Source of the DNA: Vulcanimicrobiota bacterium | GTDB lineage: Bacteria > Vulcanimicrobiota > Vulcanimicrobiia > Vulcanimicrobiales > Vulcanimicrobiaceae | Assembly: GCA_963777315.1 (NCBI GenBank) | Contig: CAVZQC010000004.1 | Location: forward strand, 160,001-224,000 | DNA length: 64,000 bases | Reading direction: 5' to 3' | In this document: one piece after another, positions 42,163-52,602 of the stretch | Numbering within the stretch: the stretch's first letter is position 1 | How the letters are laid out: every line of letters begins with the position of its first letter | Notes under the pieces: generated by a model | Told to the model about the DNA's origin: nothing | Seen by the model: only the letters and a program-made list of their open reading frames with translations | Databases searched by the model: none | Translations under genes and position numbers: made by a program

Positions 42163-42477
42163 ATGACGTATGGGCCATCTGGGGCGGCTCTGCCTTCCTT
42201 ACGCACCGGAGGCAGTGTATTTTTGTTGGACGGAAACGGCCGCGTGTTCGCCTGCCCACAAGACGCCTGTGCCCAAGAGTACCCCAAGTTGCCTTTCGGA
42301 TTGCAGAGTCTGGTGGATCGACTCATCGTGCAGTCGCGTGACATCTTTACAGCGGGTGAAGCCGACTTTACCATCGATTTTCCGCTCGCCGTTCGTATTT
42401 TTTCACTAGAACCCAAGTCCAGCCCCACTATCGCCCTATACGTTCAGAGCGCGCGCCGCCGTTCCGACAATCCGTGA
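42163..42477 (+). CDS. hypothetical protein resembling the N-terminal domain of the local LuxR regulators, without HTH
   Basis: VFLLD...KLP...AVRIFSL...IALYVQ..RR parallels IVLLD...RLP...ALRIGRL...IVVQFE..R of 31869..32444. Confidence 0.5.
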   Translation: MTYGPSGAALPSLRTGGSVFLLDGNGRVFACPQDACAQEYPKLPFGLQSLVDRLIVQSRDIFTAGEADFTIDFPLAVRIFSLEPKSSPTIALYVQSARRRSDNP

Positions 42478-42520
42478 ATTGCGGACGCATACAACGTAAG
42501 GGTCAGGAGCGTTACCCGCG

Positions 42521-43837
42521 ATGCTGACACGGATCCGCGCTCGCCTGGCGCGCATCATTCCGATCGGCCGTAGCGGCGTGAATGTCGCGCAGGTCGCGAT
42601 GCTGCGGTCTGTGACCCAGGGCGTGAATCTGTGCACCGGACTGATTACGGCGGCGATGCTCGGGCCGGCGGGCCGTGGGGAACAGGCAGCGCTCATCTTG
42701 GCTCCGACGGTCCTTGCAGGACTTGCGACCCTCGGCCTGCACGCGTCGCTGATCTACAACATCAAAGCAGACGCCGAGCACGAGCGGGAATACATCGCTA
42801 TCAATTTCGTGCTCACCTTCTGCGCGGGCGTGGCAGCAATGGCGATCGGGTGGTTCCTGGAGCCGATGTGGCTCTCGAAATACAGCACCGGCATCATAGA
42901 CCTTGCGCGCGTCTTTTTGCTGCTGACGCCGCTCATGACCGCATCGTTCACGTTTATCGCCGCGCTCGAGGCCCGCGGGCGGTTTGTTTTGGCGAACCAG
43001 TATGCGTATCTTCAGGCCCTTTGCACGTTGGCCATTCTCGGCGTCTTGGCTCTGACCAAGCACTTGACTCCGGGGACGGCCGCCGGCGCGTATGCCGTTC
43101 CATGCGCGTTCAGCTTCCTGTATCTTGGTGCCGTCGTCGTGCATCAAACGCATCCGCGTTTTACGCTTCGATTGAATCTGTTCGTGCGGCTGCTCCACTA
43201 CGGCTTGCGGTTCTATGGCGTGGACTTCCTGGGCGTGACCTCGGGCTATCTCGATCAGGTCATCATTGCGGCCATCCTCCCGCCTTCGGCGTTAGGCATC
43301 TATGTGGTCGCATTGAGCCTGTCGCGCGTGCTGACAGTGTTGCCTTCGGCTGCAGAGACCGTACTGTTTCCGAAGCTTGCTGCACGCCCATTGCAGACCA
43401 TCACCGAAGCAGTCGGTGTGGCCGTGAGGGTGCTCAGCTCGATAAATGCCGTTGCCGCCGTCTGCCTGGGTTTGCTTGGGCCACACCTGCTGACGCTCTT
43501 GTACGGCGCGAAGTTTGCCGCTGCAAGCGGCCCTCTTTTTATCCTGCTTATCGCGACCGTCCCCGCGAACGCCGTCGGGCTCTTGTATCAGTCGTACTCC
43601 GGAAGCGGGCGACCCGGCATGGTGACGATTATCCATGGCATCGGATTGGCGTTTTCGTTCGGTTCGATGCTGCTGCTTGTGCCTGTGTACGGTACGGTCG
43701 GAGCGGCACTCGCATTGCTGATCGCGGCGCTCGTGCGTCTGGGTTTCGTGCTGCTGGGGATGCCGCTGATTCTGAGAGTGCGCGTGCCCCGGCTTATCGT
43801 ATCCCGCTCGGATTTTGCTTGGATGAGAGGCCGCTAA
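42521..43837 (+). CDS. Wzx-type oligosaccharide flippase
   Basis: About 12 TM segments; LGPAGRG, LDQVII...LGIYVVA, LFP, LLYGAKFAAA. Confidence 0.9.
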   Translation: MLTRIRARLARIIPIGRSGVNVAQVAMLRSVTQGVNLCTGLITAAMLGPAGRGEQAALILAPTVLAGLATLGLHASLIYNIKADAEHEREYIAINFVLTFCAGVAAMAIGWFLEPMWLSKYSTGIIDLARVFLLLTPLMTASFTFIAALEARGRFVLANQYAYLQALCTLAILGVLALTKHLTPGTAAGAYAVPCAFSFLYLGAVVVHQTHPRFTLRLNLFVRLLHYGLRFYGVDFLGVTSGYLDQVIIAAILPPSALGIYVVALSLSRVLTVLPSAAETVLFPKLAARPLQTITEAVGVAVRVLSSINAVAAVCLGLLGPHLLTLLYGAKFAAASGPLFILLIATVPANAVGLLYQSYSGSGRPGMVTIIHGIGLAFSFGSMLLLVPVYGTVGAALALLIAALVRLGFVLLGMPLILRVRVPRLIVSRSDFAWMRGR

Positions 43838-43840
43838 ATC

Positions 43841-45133
43841 ATGGACGTCTGCATTCCGCCACCCTTGCGCACTAGTAGCAGCGAGACGGCGGACCGCTAC
43901 GGTTCCGGCGCATTTCCTTGGACGGAAGTCGATCTGGAGACTCCCGAAGTGCGAGATCGCTGGATCGTGGAGGCACTATCCCTTTGGCAAGCTTCCCACG
44001 ATCGTTACCTCGACCAGCACGTGGAATGGATGCGATTTCTCGACCGGGAAGGCGAAGCCAAGATTCTTGTTTTCGAACTGCGGAACGAGAAAGGCTTGTG
44101 CGCGTACGCAGTCGTTCAGAGATGCTTGATGACCCAGATTTGGGAGGTCAGAGGGATCGCGCTTTGCAAGCGATCCGTCAAACGGCTGAGGATCGTCCGC
44201 AGCATTGTTGCCGATATCGAATTCGGAAGCGAGAATGCGGCCCGTGCACTAGCCGACCTGATCGTGCTTTTGCACGCCGCATTCCCCGCTTTGCCGATAT
44301 CTCTCGAAGGTCTTCGGCCCGAACCGGATCAGCGGATTGCGTGCAGTGACGAACGCGTGCTCTCTGTTTTCCTTTCGTTGAAACGGCGCCCGGATCAGTT
44401 GCATCATGCCGCCGACCTGCCGAAGCCTCCCCGCGGATACCTAGACCAGTTGAGCTCCAAGGATCGGCAAAACGTCAGGCGGCATGAGCGCAGGCTCCAA
44501 GAGCATTGTGACGGTGACGTCCGACTGGTGACCTACGAGGATGAAGCAGATGTGCAGACGTTTCTGGACGCCGCGCTTCCCATTGCAAGAATGTCGTATC
44601 AATATCGCGCGTATGGCGCCGGTCTGGCCGCGCAAAACGGCGTGCTCGAAAAGTATCGGGGCATGGCACGACGGGGCTGGTGGCGAGGCAATGTGCTGTA
44701 CTGTAAAGGCGAGCCCGTAGTATTCCTCTCAGCGTGCGAGATTGACGGGACATGTTTCGGAGACGAAATCGCATACGATCCCGCTTGGGCGGTATGGGGG
44801 GTAGGAATACATGCAATGGTTAGCCGCATTGAGGAACTGGTTAACCGGCCACAGCCGCCTGACCGTTTCGACTTCGGCCCGGGCGATTACGAGTACAAAA
44901 GACGATTGGTAAATTGCAGTTGGACGGAATGCTGCTACGATCTCGTTCCTAAAAACGTGCGAACGCTGGTGCCGTTCGTTGCCATTCATGCCGCTAGCCG
45001 CGGGACGGACGCCCTCCGTGCCGCCGTCAGAAAGTTGGGCATCCTCTCACGGAAAGAGTCTGTTCGTCGCAGCGGCCAATCAGCCAGTTCGAGCAAGCCA
45101 GGTTCGTCTGCGGATCCGGATTCTCGGCAGTAA
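43841..45133 (+). CDS. GNAT-fold protein (CelD/BcsL-like)
   Basis: YLDQLSSKDRQNVRRHERRL, AYDPAWAVWGVG, FDFGPGDYEYKRRL. Confidence 0.8.
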   Translation: MDVCIPPPLRTSSSETADRYGSGAFPWTEVDLETPEVRDRWIVEALSLWQASHDRYLDQHVEWMRFLDREGEAKILVFELRNEKGLCAYAVVQRCLMTQIWEVRGIALCKRSVKRLRIVRSIVADIEFGSENAARALADLIVLLHAAFPALPISLEGLRPEPDQRIACSDERVLSVFLSLKRRPDQLHHAADLPKPPRGYLDQLSSKDRQNVRRHERRLQEHCDGDVRLVTYEDEADVQTFLDAALPIARMSYQYRAYGAGLAAQNGVLEKYRGMARRGWWRGNVLYCKGEPVVFLSACEIDGTCFGDEIAYDPAWAVWGVGIHAMVSRIEELVNRPQPPDRFDFGPGDYEYKRRLVNCSWTECCYDLVPKNVRTLVPFVAIHAASRGTDALRAAVRKLGILSRKESVRRSGQSASSSKPGSSADPDSRQ

Positions 45134-45151
45134 GCCGCGGCCGGAATACGC

Positions 45152-47840
45152 ATGCATCAAAGTGTTCCGGGGACTGCGGTGGATACTGCGGTAAGCACCA
45201 CACGGTGGCGCATCTGTTTTTGTGGCGTAGAGCCGGCATCGCCCTTTGGTGAGCTGCTCGCCGAAGCGGTTTCTGTGCCGGCCATGATTGTCGCTGACGG
45301 CGGCGTAAGTGCTGCGAGCGGCAAGTGGCGTGGGACCGTATTGGGAACCGCGCTGCAGTGGTGGGCCGGCGGCGCTGCTCCGAGTTCTGTAACGCCAAAC
45401 GAGGACGCTGCCGATGTTTTCATCGACTTCTTCGGCACGGAACCGGCCGGCACACCGCCGGGGCGTTTGTGGCGCCTTGTGGACGGCACGGGCGAACCGA
45501 TACTGAATCCGTTTTGCTTGGTGGAAACGTGCTGCCGAGCTCCGTTCGTCGCGTCTATTTTTCTCATCGAGCGTGGAACCGTCGACCTCGGTTGGACCGT
45601 GCTGGCGGAAGCGCATGTCGGGAATTGCCGCCGATACAGGGCGTTGCTCGACCGAGTGGCCCATATTGCAGCTCATCTGGTTGGCGCGGCTTTGCGCAAA
45701 ACCCGATCTGGCGGCGAAAAGACGTTCTGCGCAACGCCGAAGACTCGCCGGCGTTCCAGCGCGAGAATCGAAGCGCAACAGCTGAGAGCCCGCCTTGCTC
45801 GAACGGCGATAGTATTGCGCGAAACGGCATTGAACGAGTATTGGGCCATCGGCGTTCTTAATGCGCCCGCAGAGTCGTTGCTCCATTCACAAGCATTGCA
45901 TTCCGACCGCTGGATTGAATCGCCATCCCGCCGAACCTACTTTGCGGATCCGTTTCCGTGCCCTGGGCGATCGGACGTCATTTTCTGCGAGCGATATGAC
46001 TACCGCACCGCCCGCGGAGCATTGCGTAAGCTCACGCTCGACGATAAAACGGTAATCGGCGAAGAGCCGGTGGATCTGCGTATCAGTGATGGCCATTTGT
46101 CATACCCATTTCCATTCCCAGAGCAGGGGCGGGTATTTTTGCTTCCGGAAATGGGTGAATTTCGAAAGCTAGTCCTCTTTGAACTGGTTGCGCAGACTGA
46201 ACTGCGCGTTGTGTGTACCGTAGAGGAGGGTGCGCGCATCGCCGATGCGACCCTCTTCCGGCATGGCGAGTTCTATTGGATCGCTTACTGCGATCAGGAT
46301 TTCGGCACGCACGACAACCTGTGTCTACTATATTCGCGGCAGCTGAGAAGGCCCGTGGACGTCACACCCACGCAATCCGGTTAAGGTCGACGTCCGCTCT
46401 TCGCGGCCGGGAGGCACGCCGTTTTGGCTAAATGGAACGCTTCTTAGACCCGCCCAAGATTGCTCCGTCACCTACGGTGGTGCTTTGGTGCTGAACCGCG
46501 TGCGCGTGTGCAATCCCACTTCTTACGAAGAGGAGCCTATCGCCGTACTCAGCCCAGATCCGCGCGGCCGCTTCCCGCACGGTTTGCATACATTGTCGAT
46601 CGACGGAAGCCGAGTCGTATTCGACGGGAAGAGGCTCTTCCTCGATCCCGGCCGGTTTTGGAAGCGCGTACGGGCGCGCATCGCTCGCCATAGTGAAAGA
46701 GCAGTCAATACTATGCGCATTCTGATGTCCATTCACCACCGGCTGGATCCGGATGCTGGGGCCCCCGGTGTTACCTGGCACCTGGCGAACGCCCTCCGAA
46801 ATCGGGGTCACACTGTTGACGTCCTGTCGTTCGAGCGTGTGCCGGGGCCCGAGCAGCTGAAGACGTACATCTATCCATGGTTCGTCGCATGGTTTATCGC
46901 AAAATACCCCCATTACGATGTTCTGGACTTATCTTCGGGAGACGGTTGGGTTTTTAGCGTTCTGGCAAAGATATGGCCGCGCAAGGCATCCCCGGCCATG
47001 GTCGCCCGCAGCCACGGTCTCGAGCACGTCGCCCATGAGGTCCGCCTCAAGGCAAACAGGGCAGGCGCTTACAAATTATCGTGGAGGTATCGAATCTACC
47101 ACGGCGGATTTCGATTATGGGAATGCGGCATGTCGTTTTCTCGGGCGCGCGCAGCGCTGTTTCTGAACGACGTCGATCTGCGGTATGCCGTAGATCACCT
47201 TACCGTCGATGCAAACCGGGCGGTCCGCGTGAGAAACGGGATCGCACAGCACTTTATCGAGAACGCGAAGTCGCTGCTGGGCGACAAGCGGCCAATCGAG
47301 GGGCCGAGAAACATTGCCTTCATCGGACGCTACACGAACATGAAGGGCAGCCGCTATCTGCGCCCGGCGATGCAATCGATTTTGCGCAAGCATAAAGATG
47401 CCGGCTTCGGATTGTTTGGGACGATGGCGAGTGTGGACGAGGTGCTCGCCGACTATCCGAGCGAACTGCGCGACCGCATCTTCGTCGCGCCGGCCTATAA
47501 GAACGAAGATCTTCCGCGTCTACTCGCGCCATACCACATCTTGGCCTTTCCTTCGCTGTCTGAAGGCTTTCCGGCTGCGCCGCTGGAGGCGATGGCGTGC
47601 GGCATCGTCCCTGTAGTGGCCGCTTCACCGGGCCCCATGTCCTACATCGAAAACGGCCATAACGGCATCGTCGTGCCGGTCGGCGACGCGAACAGATTGG
47701 AAGAAGAAATCCACAATCTATTGGAGGATGTTTCGCGCTGGAGCGACTTACGCAAGGCCGGTTTGGCGACGGCGGTACAGTATTCGTGGGATAGTGTGGC
47801 CCGCGACATGGAAAAAATATACCAGTGCGCGGCCATCTAG
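45152..47840 (+). CDS. beta-propeller (GINT1 N-terminal-like) domain fused to a GT4 glycosyltransferase, with a +1 frameshift at about 46346
   Basis: FADPF, HLSYPF, LLPE, ADATL; after one extra base GPWTSHPRNPV..RPGG..RPAQDCSVTYG runs with no stop into MRILMS...FPSLSEGF...EAMACG. Confidence 0.75.
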
Positions 47841-47862
47841 TTATGCACGGCCCGTCTATCGA

Positions 47863-49215
47863 TTACGCGGAGACGTGTTCCACTTCTGTCGTTGTGGCTT
47901 TCGCGGTAGCCGCGCCGGCCCGGCCGACGCCGCAATAGAGCAGCCCCGCGCGCACGACATCTGCCGGTTCGAAGACGTTCGCCCCATCGAACAATACGTC
48001 GCCTCGCATCGCTGCGCGGACGACTGTTAGCGAGATGTTCTTGTACTGCGGCCATGCCGTCATAACGGCCACGGCATCGGCACCGCGAACGGCTTCCTCG
48101 GCGTGCGCCTTACAACTGACGTGCGTTGAAAGAACCGAACGGCGGAAGTTGTCTGAGGCCAAGGGATCGTGCGCACGTATCGTGGCGCCTTCGCCGAGAA
48201 GTGCCTCGATGAAACGCAGTGAAGGGGCACCGCGAAGGTCGTCCGTGCCGGCCTTGAAACTCAGTCCCAGCACGCAGACGCAACGCCTCCGCAGTCCGCC
48301 GAGCGCGTGGGAAAGAGCCGCGATACCCTTCTCTATTCGCCGGTCGTTTATGCGCAACGTTGCGGCCATCATTGGTGCGTCGACTCCCGCGCGTGCCGCG
48401 CTGTCGGCGAGCCCGCGCAGATCTTTGGGAAGGCAAGGGCCGCCGAAGCCCAAACCGGGCTGCAGGTATCCCCGGCCGATTCTGGCGTCCATGCCTACGG
48501 CATCAAGCACGTTGAGCACGTCGACTTGCAGCGCATCGCACAGATCGGCGACTTCGTTCGCAAATGAGACGCGCAGCGCAAGGTAAAAGTTGGAAATCGA
48601 CTTGATCAGCTCGGCTGCCTGAATGTCCGTCACGATGATCGGAGCCTCTAGTGAGGCATACACGTCCTTCAGGATTGCCGCATCTTGCGCGCACCGCGCG
48701 CCGATGACGATGCGATCCGGCTCCAAAAAGTCCGCGACGGCGGATCCTTCGCGCAAAAACTCGGGGTTCGAGACCATCGTAACTCGGACGTCGACGCGCG
48801 CAGCGGATTGAACGATGGAAAGCAGTCGTTCGTTGGTGCCCGGAGGTACGGTCGACTTGCTCACGATGCAGACGTCCGACGTTAGCGTACGGCCGATTTC
48901 CTCCGCTGCGTGAAGCGCGTCCGCCAAATCAACTGTACCATCAAATTTCTGCGGCGTTCCGACGCAAAGAAAGATCACGCTTGCGTCTGCGAGCCCATCT
49001 TCGATGGAGCTGGAGAAGGTAAGCGCTCGAGAATCGACGGCTTCAGTCACCAATTCGGCCAGCCCCGGCTCAAAAAACGGCAGCCGGCCGGCGTGCAGCG
49101 TCTGCAAGTAGAACGGACTGCGTTCGATGCACGCCACGAGGTTACCCAGATGCGCCAAACAGGCTGCAGTGACTAGCCCGACGCGCCCTGCGCCTATGAC
49201 AGCGATTTTCTTCAA
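47863..49215 (-). CDS. ugd: UDP-glucose/GDP-mannose dehydrogenase
   Basis: IAVIGAGRVGL, CVGTP, KSTVPPGT, NPEFLREG, GFGGPCLPKD, GLSFKAGTDDLR; TTG start after GAGG chosen (alternative ATG 49278). Confidence 0.93.
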   Translation of the reverse strand: MKKIAVIGAGRVGLVTAACLAHLGNLVACIERSPFYLQTLHAGRLPFFEPGLAELVTEAVDSRALTFSSSIEDGLADASVIFLCVGTPQKFDGTVDLADALHAAEEIGRTLTSDVCIVSKSTVPPGTNERLLSIVQSAARVDVRVTMVSNPEFLREGSAVADFLEPDRIVIGARCAQDAAILKDVYASLEAPIIVTDIQAAELIKSISNFYLALRVSFANEVADLCDALQVDVLNVLDAVGMDARIGRGYLQPGLGFGGPCLPKDLRGLADSAARAGVDAPMMAATLRINDRRIEKGIAALSHALGGLRRRCVCVLGLSFKAGTDDLRGAPSLRFIEALLGEGATIRAHDPLASDNFRRSVLSTHVSCKAHAEEAVRGADAVAVMTAWPQYKNISLTVVRAAMRGDVLFDGANVFEPADVVRAGLLYCGVGRAGAATAKATTTEVEHVSA

Positions 49216-49293
49216 CGTTGTCCTCACAGCAGCCGGAATGAGCCTGGGCACCCTGGCAACCTCGATTGTAATGCTCATCGGCGATGCGGCTAA

Positions 49294-49311
49294 ATCCCTG
49301 ATTTCAGGGAT
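49294..49311. promoter_or_regulatory. 18-bp palindromic box upstream of ugd
   Basis: ATCCCT-GATTTC-AGGGAT (extends to perfect 10-bp arms); minus-strand TACAAT 23 nt away. Confidence 0.7.
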
Positions 49312-49396
49312 TTCTCCCCATTGCAGATATTGGTACGAACCTATATATGGTCGACGAGGGCCAAATACCGGCCCCCGCCGGCCGAGGGGTTTTACT

Positions 49397-50150
49397 ATGA
49401 TCGCGTACGGTAGCGAGCTTGCGGAGCGCTTTTCCAACCCGGTAATGCGCGCCGGAGTGCGCATGCTCGGAAGCTACGATCTCGGTGCACGCGTTCGCTT
49501 TGCCGCCGTGAACCGCGCACTGCGAGCATTACCGGCTCCTGCTCGCATACTCGACGTCGGATCCGGGCTCGGACTGCTCAGTTTCGCGATGCACCGCGTT
49601 TGGCCGAGCGCGACGATCGTGGGTACCGACATCGATCCAGGCTCGTTTACAACTGGCGCGGGAAATGGCCGGGCTGCAAAAAGTCGACGACCGCGTTACC
49701 TTTGCGCGAGTCGACGAGCAACAGGCATCCTCACAATACGACGTCGTAACTTGCGTCGACGTGCTCGAGCACGTGGAAGACGACGAAGCATTTGTCGCGG
49801 CCCTGTTCGCCGCGACGCGCCCCGGCGGCCGGCTCGTGCTGCACGTGCCGGCGGCTGCGAAAAAGCGGTATCTCGCGCAGTTCCCGGAGCAGCCGGACCA
49901 CGTTCGTCCGGGATATAGCGCGGACGCACTCGTTGCGTTGTTGCGCCGCGTAGGCTTCACGGAAGCGCGGGTCCGTTTTACGTTTGGCCCGCTGGGAGCG
50001 TTCGGGTGGGAAGGCTGCGAACTCGCGCGCCAGGGCCGGCTCACCGCTCGCGTACTGTTGCCGTTCTGGTATGCCTGCGCGATAGTGGATTCACTTCACG
50101 CACCTGCGCGGGGAAACGGTGTGCTTGCGGTTGCCCGAAGGCCCGCATGA
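49397..50150 (+). CDS. class I SAM-dependent methyltransferase, with a +1 frameshift near 49639
   Basis: ILDVGSGLG...GTDID in the first frame; YDVVTCVDVLEHV, RPGGRLVLHVP, HVRPGY in the second. Confidence 0.85.
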
Positions 50151-51488
50151 AACGCGAAAGCTCACGGCTTCGATCAGACTACTGACGCGTAACCGAAACG
50201 TTCCATGGACGGGCCAAAGCGTTGTGACCGAGATCGAACCTTTATCCGCGAATTTCGTCACGCTTATTGAGCGCACCGATGCAGGCAAGGTCAGCATGAA
50301 CATCTTGGTGACGGGCGCATAATCCGTACGTGTGGTCTGGTTCCAGAGCTGCGTTCCGAGCCAGGGGACCAGGATGTAGGTTCCATCGGATTTTTGGAAG
50401 AGCACCTGGTGCATGGCCCCGGTGGAATCGCCCGTTAACGAGTAAGCCAGCGGAGTTCGCGGAGAGCTTCCGCTATCGGCAAAATACTCCATCAATTGGC
50501 CGATCCGCCGCCAGACGAGCTTGGGTTTGAGGCGCAGATTGATAAGGCCGTATTGAGCGCACCGCCCGCTCGGGAATTCATCGAGGAGCTCGTACGAATA
50601 CACGCGCACGCCCTTCTCGATGTGCAGCAAAAGGTCTCGGGGAAAGTAACGTTCCTGCGTAAGCTGGTCCACCGAACCGTTCTTGCAAGCGGCGGTGGTA
50701 TCGGTGTTCCAGCCGTCCGATTCCGTTCCCACGAGCGGCTCGCTGCCCACGAACGCTTTGCAGCCTGCCTGGAAGTTGGGATAGTAGTTCGCCATGCTGA
50801 GCTCGGGCGTTTGCGTGCCGTTGACTTCATCGTGAACGGCACAGTAAGTTGTGTAGTTGCCGATACGTGGATAGCTCTCGTAGGATTCCGAACTGGCCAT
50901 AGCGGGACTGAAGATCGACACCGATTGTGAACGCAGATTCCAAATGAGCGGAACCCATTTCGCGACCACATAGCGCGGGCCCAACCCGGGCGCCGTTCCC
51001 AACCACGTGCAGTCTGCCGGCTTATCGTCGCACTCGTTGGGGCCCTCGTAGGCCTCAACCGCCGTAGATGCCAATCCCAACGCGCCGGAATAACCGCCTA
51101 GGCACGTGCCGTGGCATCCCGTAGTGTCTTTCGTCCAGCCCATCCATGGGTCCGTGATGATATCGAACCTAATGCCTGCGGAGGCCAATTGGTTAAAGCG
51201 TGTCTTCCAATTCCCCGTGCAGAAAGTGCTCGCTGTTCCCCAATTACAGAAACCGTCGCGGACGTGCTTGATCCGCGACTCGAGGAGCAGCGGCGACCAA
51301 GCACGGTATTCGAGATCATAGCGGGAGCCGGCAAAGTTCAGGTGGGTGTTTACGCCGATGGAGTCGTTGAAGGCTGCAGCGGCCACCGGCTTGACCATAG
51401 ATACTCGGACGCCATTACCGGCGTGCGCGAAACACGTCGTTGCGGAAAGAGCGACACACACGATGCCGATCGCTACGGTTCTTTTCAC
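50091..51488 (-). CDS. secreted GH-clan-A-like protein, paralogue 1
   Basis: Signal peptide; FNDSIGVNTH, IKHVRD, YEGPNE (acid/base-like), GTESDGW (nucleophile-like), YELLD, YGL. Confidence 0.7.
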   Translation of the reverse strand: MKRTVAIGIVCVALSATTCFAHAGNGVRVSMVKPVAAAAFNDSIGVNTHLNFAGSRYDLEYRAWSPLLLESRIKHVRDGFCNWGTASTFCTGNWKTRFNQLASAGIRFDIITDPWMGWTKDTTGCHGTCLGGYSGALGLASTAVEAYEGPNECDDKPADCTWLGTAPGLGPRYVVAKWVPLIWNLRSQSVSIFSPAMASSESYESYPRIGNYTTYCAVHDEVNGTQTPELSMANYYPNFQAGCKAFVGSEPLVGTESDGWNTDTTAACKNGSVDQLTQERYFPRDLLLHIEKGVRVYSYELLDEFPSGRCAQYGLINLRLKPKLVWRRIGQLMEYFADSGSSPRTPLAYSLTGDSTGAMHQVLFQKSDGTYILVPWLGTQLWNQTTRTDYAPVTKMFMLTLPASVRSISVTKFADKGSISVTTLWPVHGTFRLRVSSLIEAVSFRVSCGPSGNRKHTVSPRRCVK

Positions 51489-51562
51489 TGAGTTCTCGCT
51501 ATAGCAAATAGACGCCGCGACGGGCGACGAGTCCATTGTATGCTCCGCGGGGACTGCGCAGA

Positions 51563-51580
51563 ATCCCTGAACGTTGGGAT
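51563..51580. promoter_or_regulatory. 18-bp palindromic box upstream of GH-like paralogue 1
   Basis: ATCCCT-GAACGT-TGGGAT; minus-strand TACAAT 22 nt away. Confidence 0.7.
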
Positions 51581-51658
51581 TCGTTCGCCGCCTTCCAGGC
51601 GACCGAACCAATCGCGCGAAACCCCTTTGGTTCGGACACACGTAGGTAACCGGCGAAG

Positions 51659-52501
51659 ATGACGATTGCGGTATGCGTTGTAACTCGAAACCGCCCGGCG
51701 ATGCTCGAGCGGTGTCTTTACGCTGTCCAGCACGCGCAACGCAGGCCGGACTTGCTGCTGGTATCGGATGATTCCAGTGACGAGAGCCGGAGCGCCGCGA
51801 CCAGAGCTGTGACTACCGAGCACGCAGTGGCGTATCTAGCCGGCCCACGTCGCGGCGTTTGCGCAAACCGCAATAACTGCCTGCACCTGGCTGCGAACAG
51901 CGACGTAATCGTGTTTTTGGACGACGACACGTTGCTCGAACCGGATTTTCTTGCCAACGTTGAACGTGCTTACAGCGATATGCGGCAGAGCAAAGCTTGC
52001 AAGACGATACTGGTCGGTGTGAGATATAATGAGCACGGCAAACAAGAACTGCCCTCGCGGCTCAATTTTCGCGGGTATTTCGAACCTGCCGAGAACCCGC
52101 ACGTCGCAGGAGCCAGTTACTCAGCGTACCCAACGGCCTTCTTTGCCGGCGAGAAGTGGGACGAAAATATCTACTATGGTTATGAGGACGCCGAGCTGAG
52201 CCTGCGCGCCCTTGAACGAGGGTACGAGCTCAAGTTTAGCCCGAACCTCAAGGCCCTTGATATTGGAAGAGAAGGCTCATTGGATATTTCACTTCAGTCG
52301 GAAAGAGTTCTTTTGGAAAGCGCTCGCCTCTATGTCGGGGTAAAGCGATACTTACGCATTAGCCGCGACCTGCCGCGTCTCGCCGGTTTTGTAATACTTT
52401 ACGTGACGCACCTCGCCGCACACCTATTGCGCACACGCGCATTGAGCCAATTTCCAGCGATCGTCAGGGCCGCGAAGCTCGAAACGTTGCTGAAGCAATA
52501 A
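51659..52501 (+). CDS. glycosyltransferase family 2
   Basis: VVTRNRP, VSDDS, GVCANRN, VFLDDD, YEDAELSLR. Confidence 0.92.
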   Translation: MTIAVCVVTRNRPAMLERCLYAVQHAQRRPDLLLVSDDSSDESRSAATRAVTTEHAVAYLAGPRRGVCANRNNCLHLAANSDVIVFLDDDTLLEPDFLANVERAYSDMRQSKACKTILVGVRYNEHGKQELPSRLNFRGYFEPAENPHVAGASYSAYPTAFFAGEKWDENIYYGYEDAELSLRALERGYELKFSPNLKALDIGREGSLDISLQSERVLLESARLYVGVKRYLRISRDLPRLAGFVILYVTHLAAHLLRTRALSQFPAIVRAAKLETLLKQ

Positions 52502-52550
52502 TAACGGCGTTGCTGACCGCGCTCGCGGTCGTTGATGCCTTACGATAATG

Positions 52551-52580
52551 AAAAAAGGAGGGGCCGGCGTGGCCCCTCCT
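52551..52580 (-). terminator. intrinsic terminator
   Basis: Minus strand AGGAGGGGCC-ACGCC-GGCCCCTCCT-TTTTT, between convergent genes. Confidence 0.85.
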
Positions 52581-52602
52581 CGTTACACGAAGTTGTTCCC
52601 GT

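Noticed and set aside
50091..50150. C-terminal extension of GH-like paralogue 1 overlapping the convergent methyltransferase
   Set aside because: Looks like simple stop loss (TCA where paralogue 3 stops); short convergent overlaps are common across this window
42470..51638. Extra operator-like sites ATCCGT-N6-CGGACG (42470) and ACCCCT-N6-CGGACA (51621)
   Set aside because: Right arms are degenerate and there is no -10 hexamer at the 21-23 nt spacing; left out of the core set
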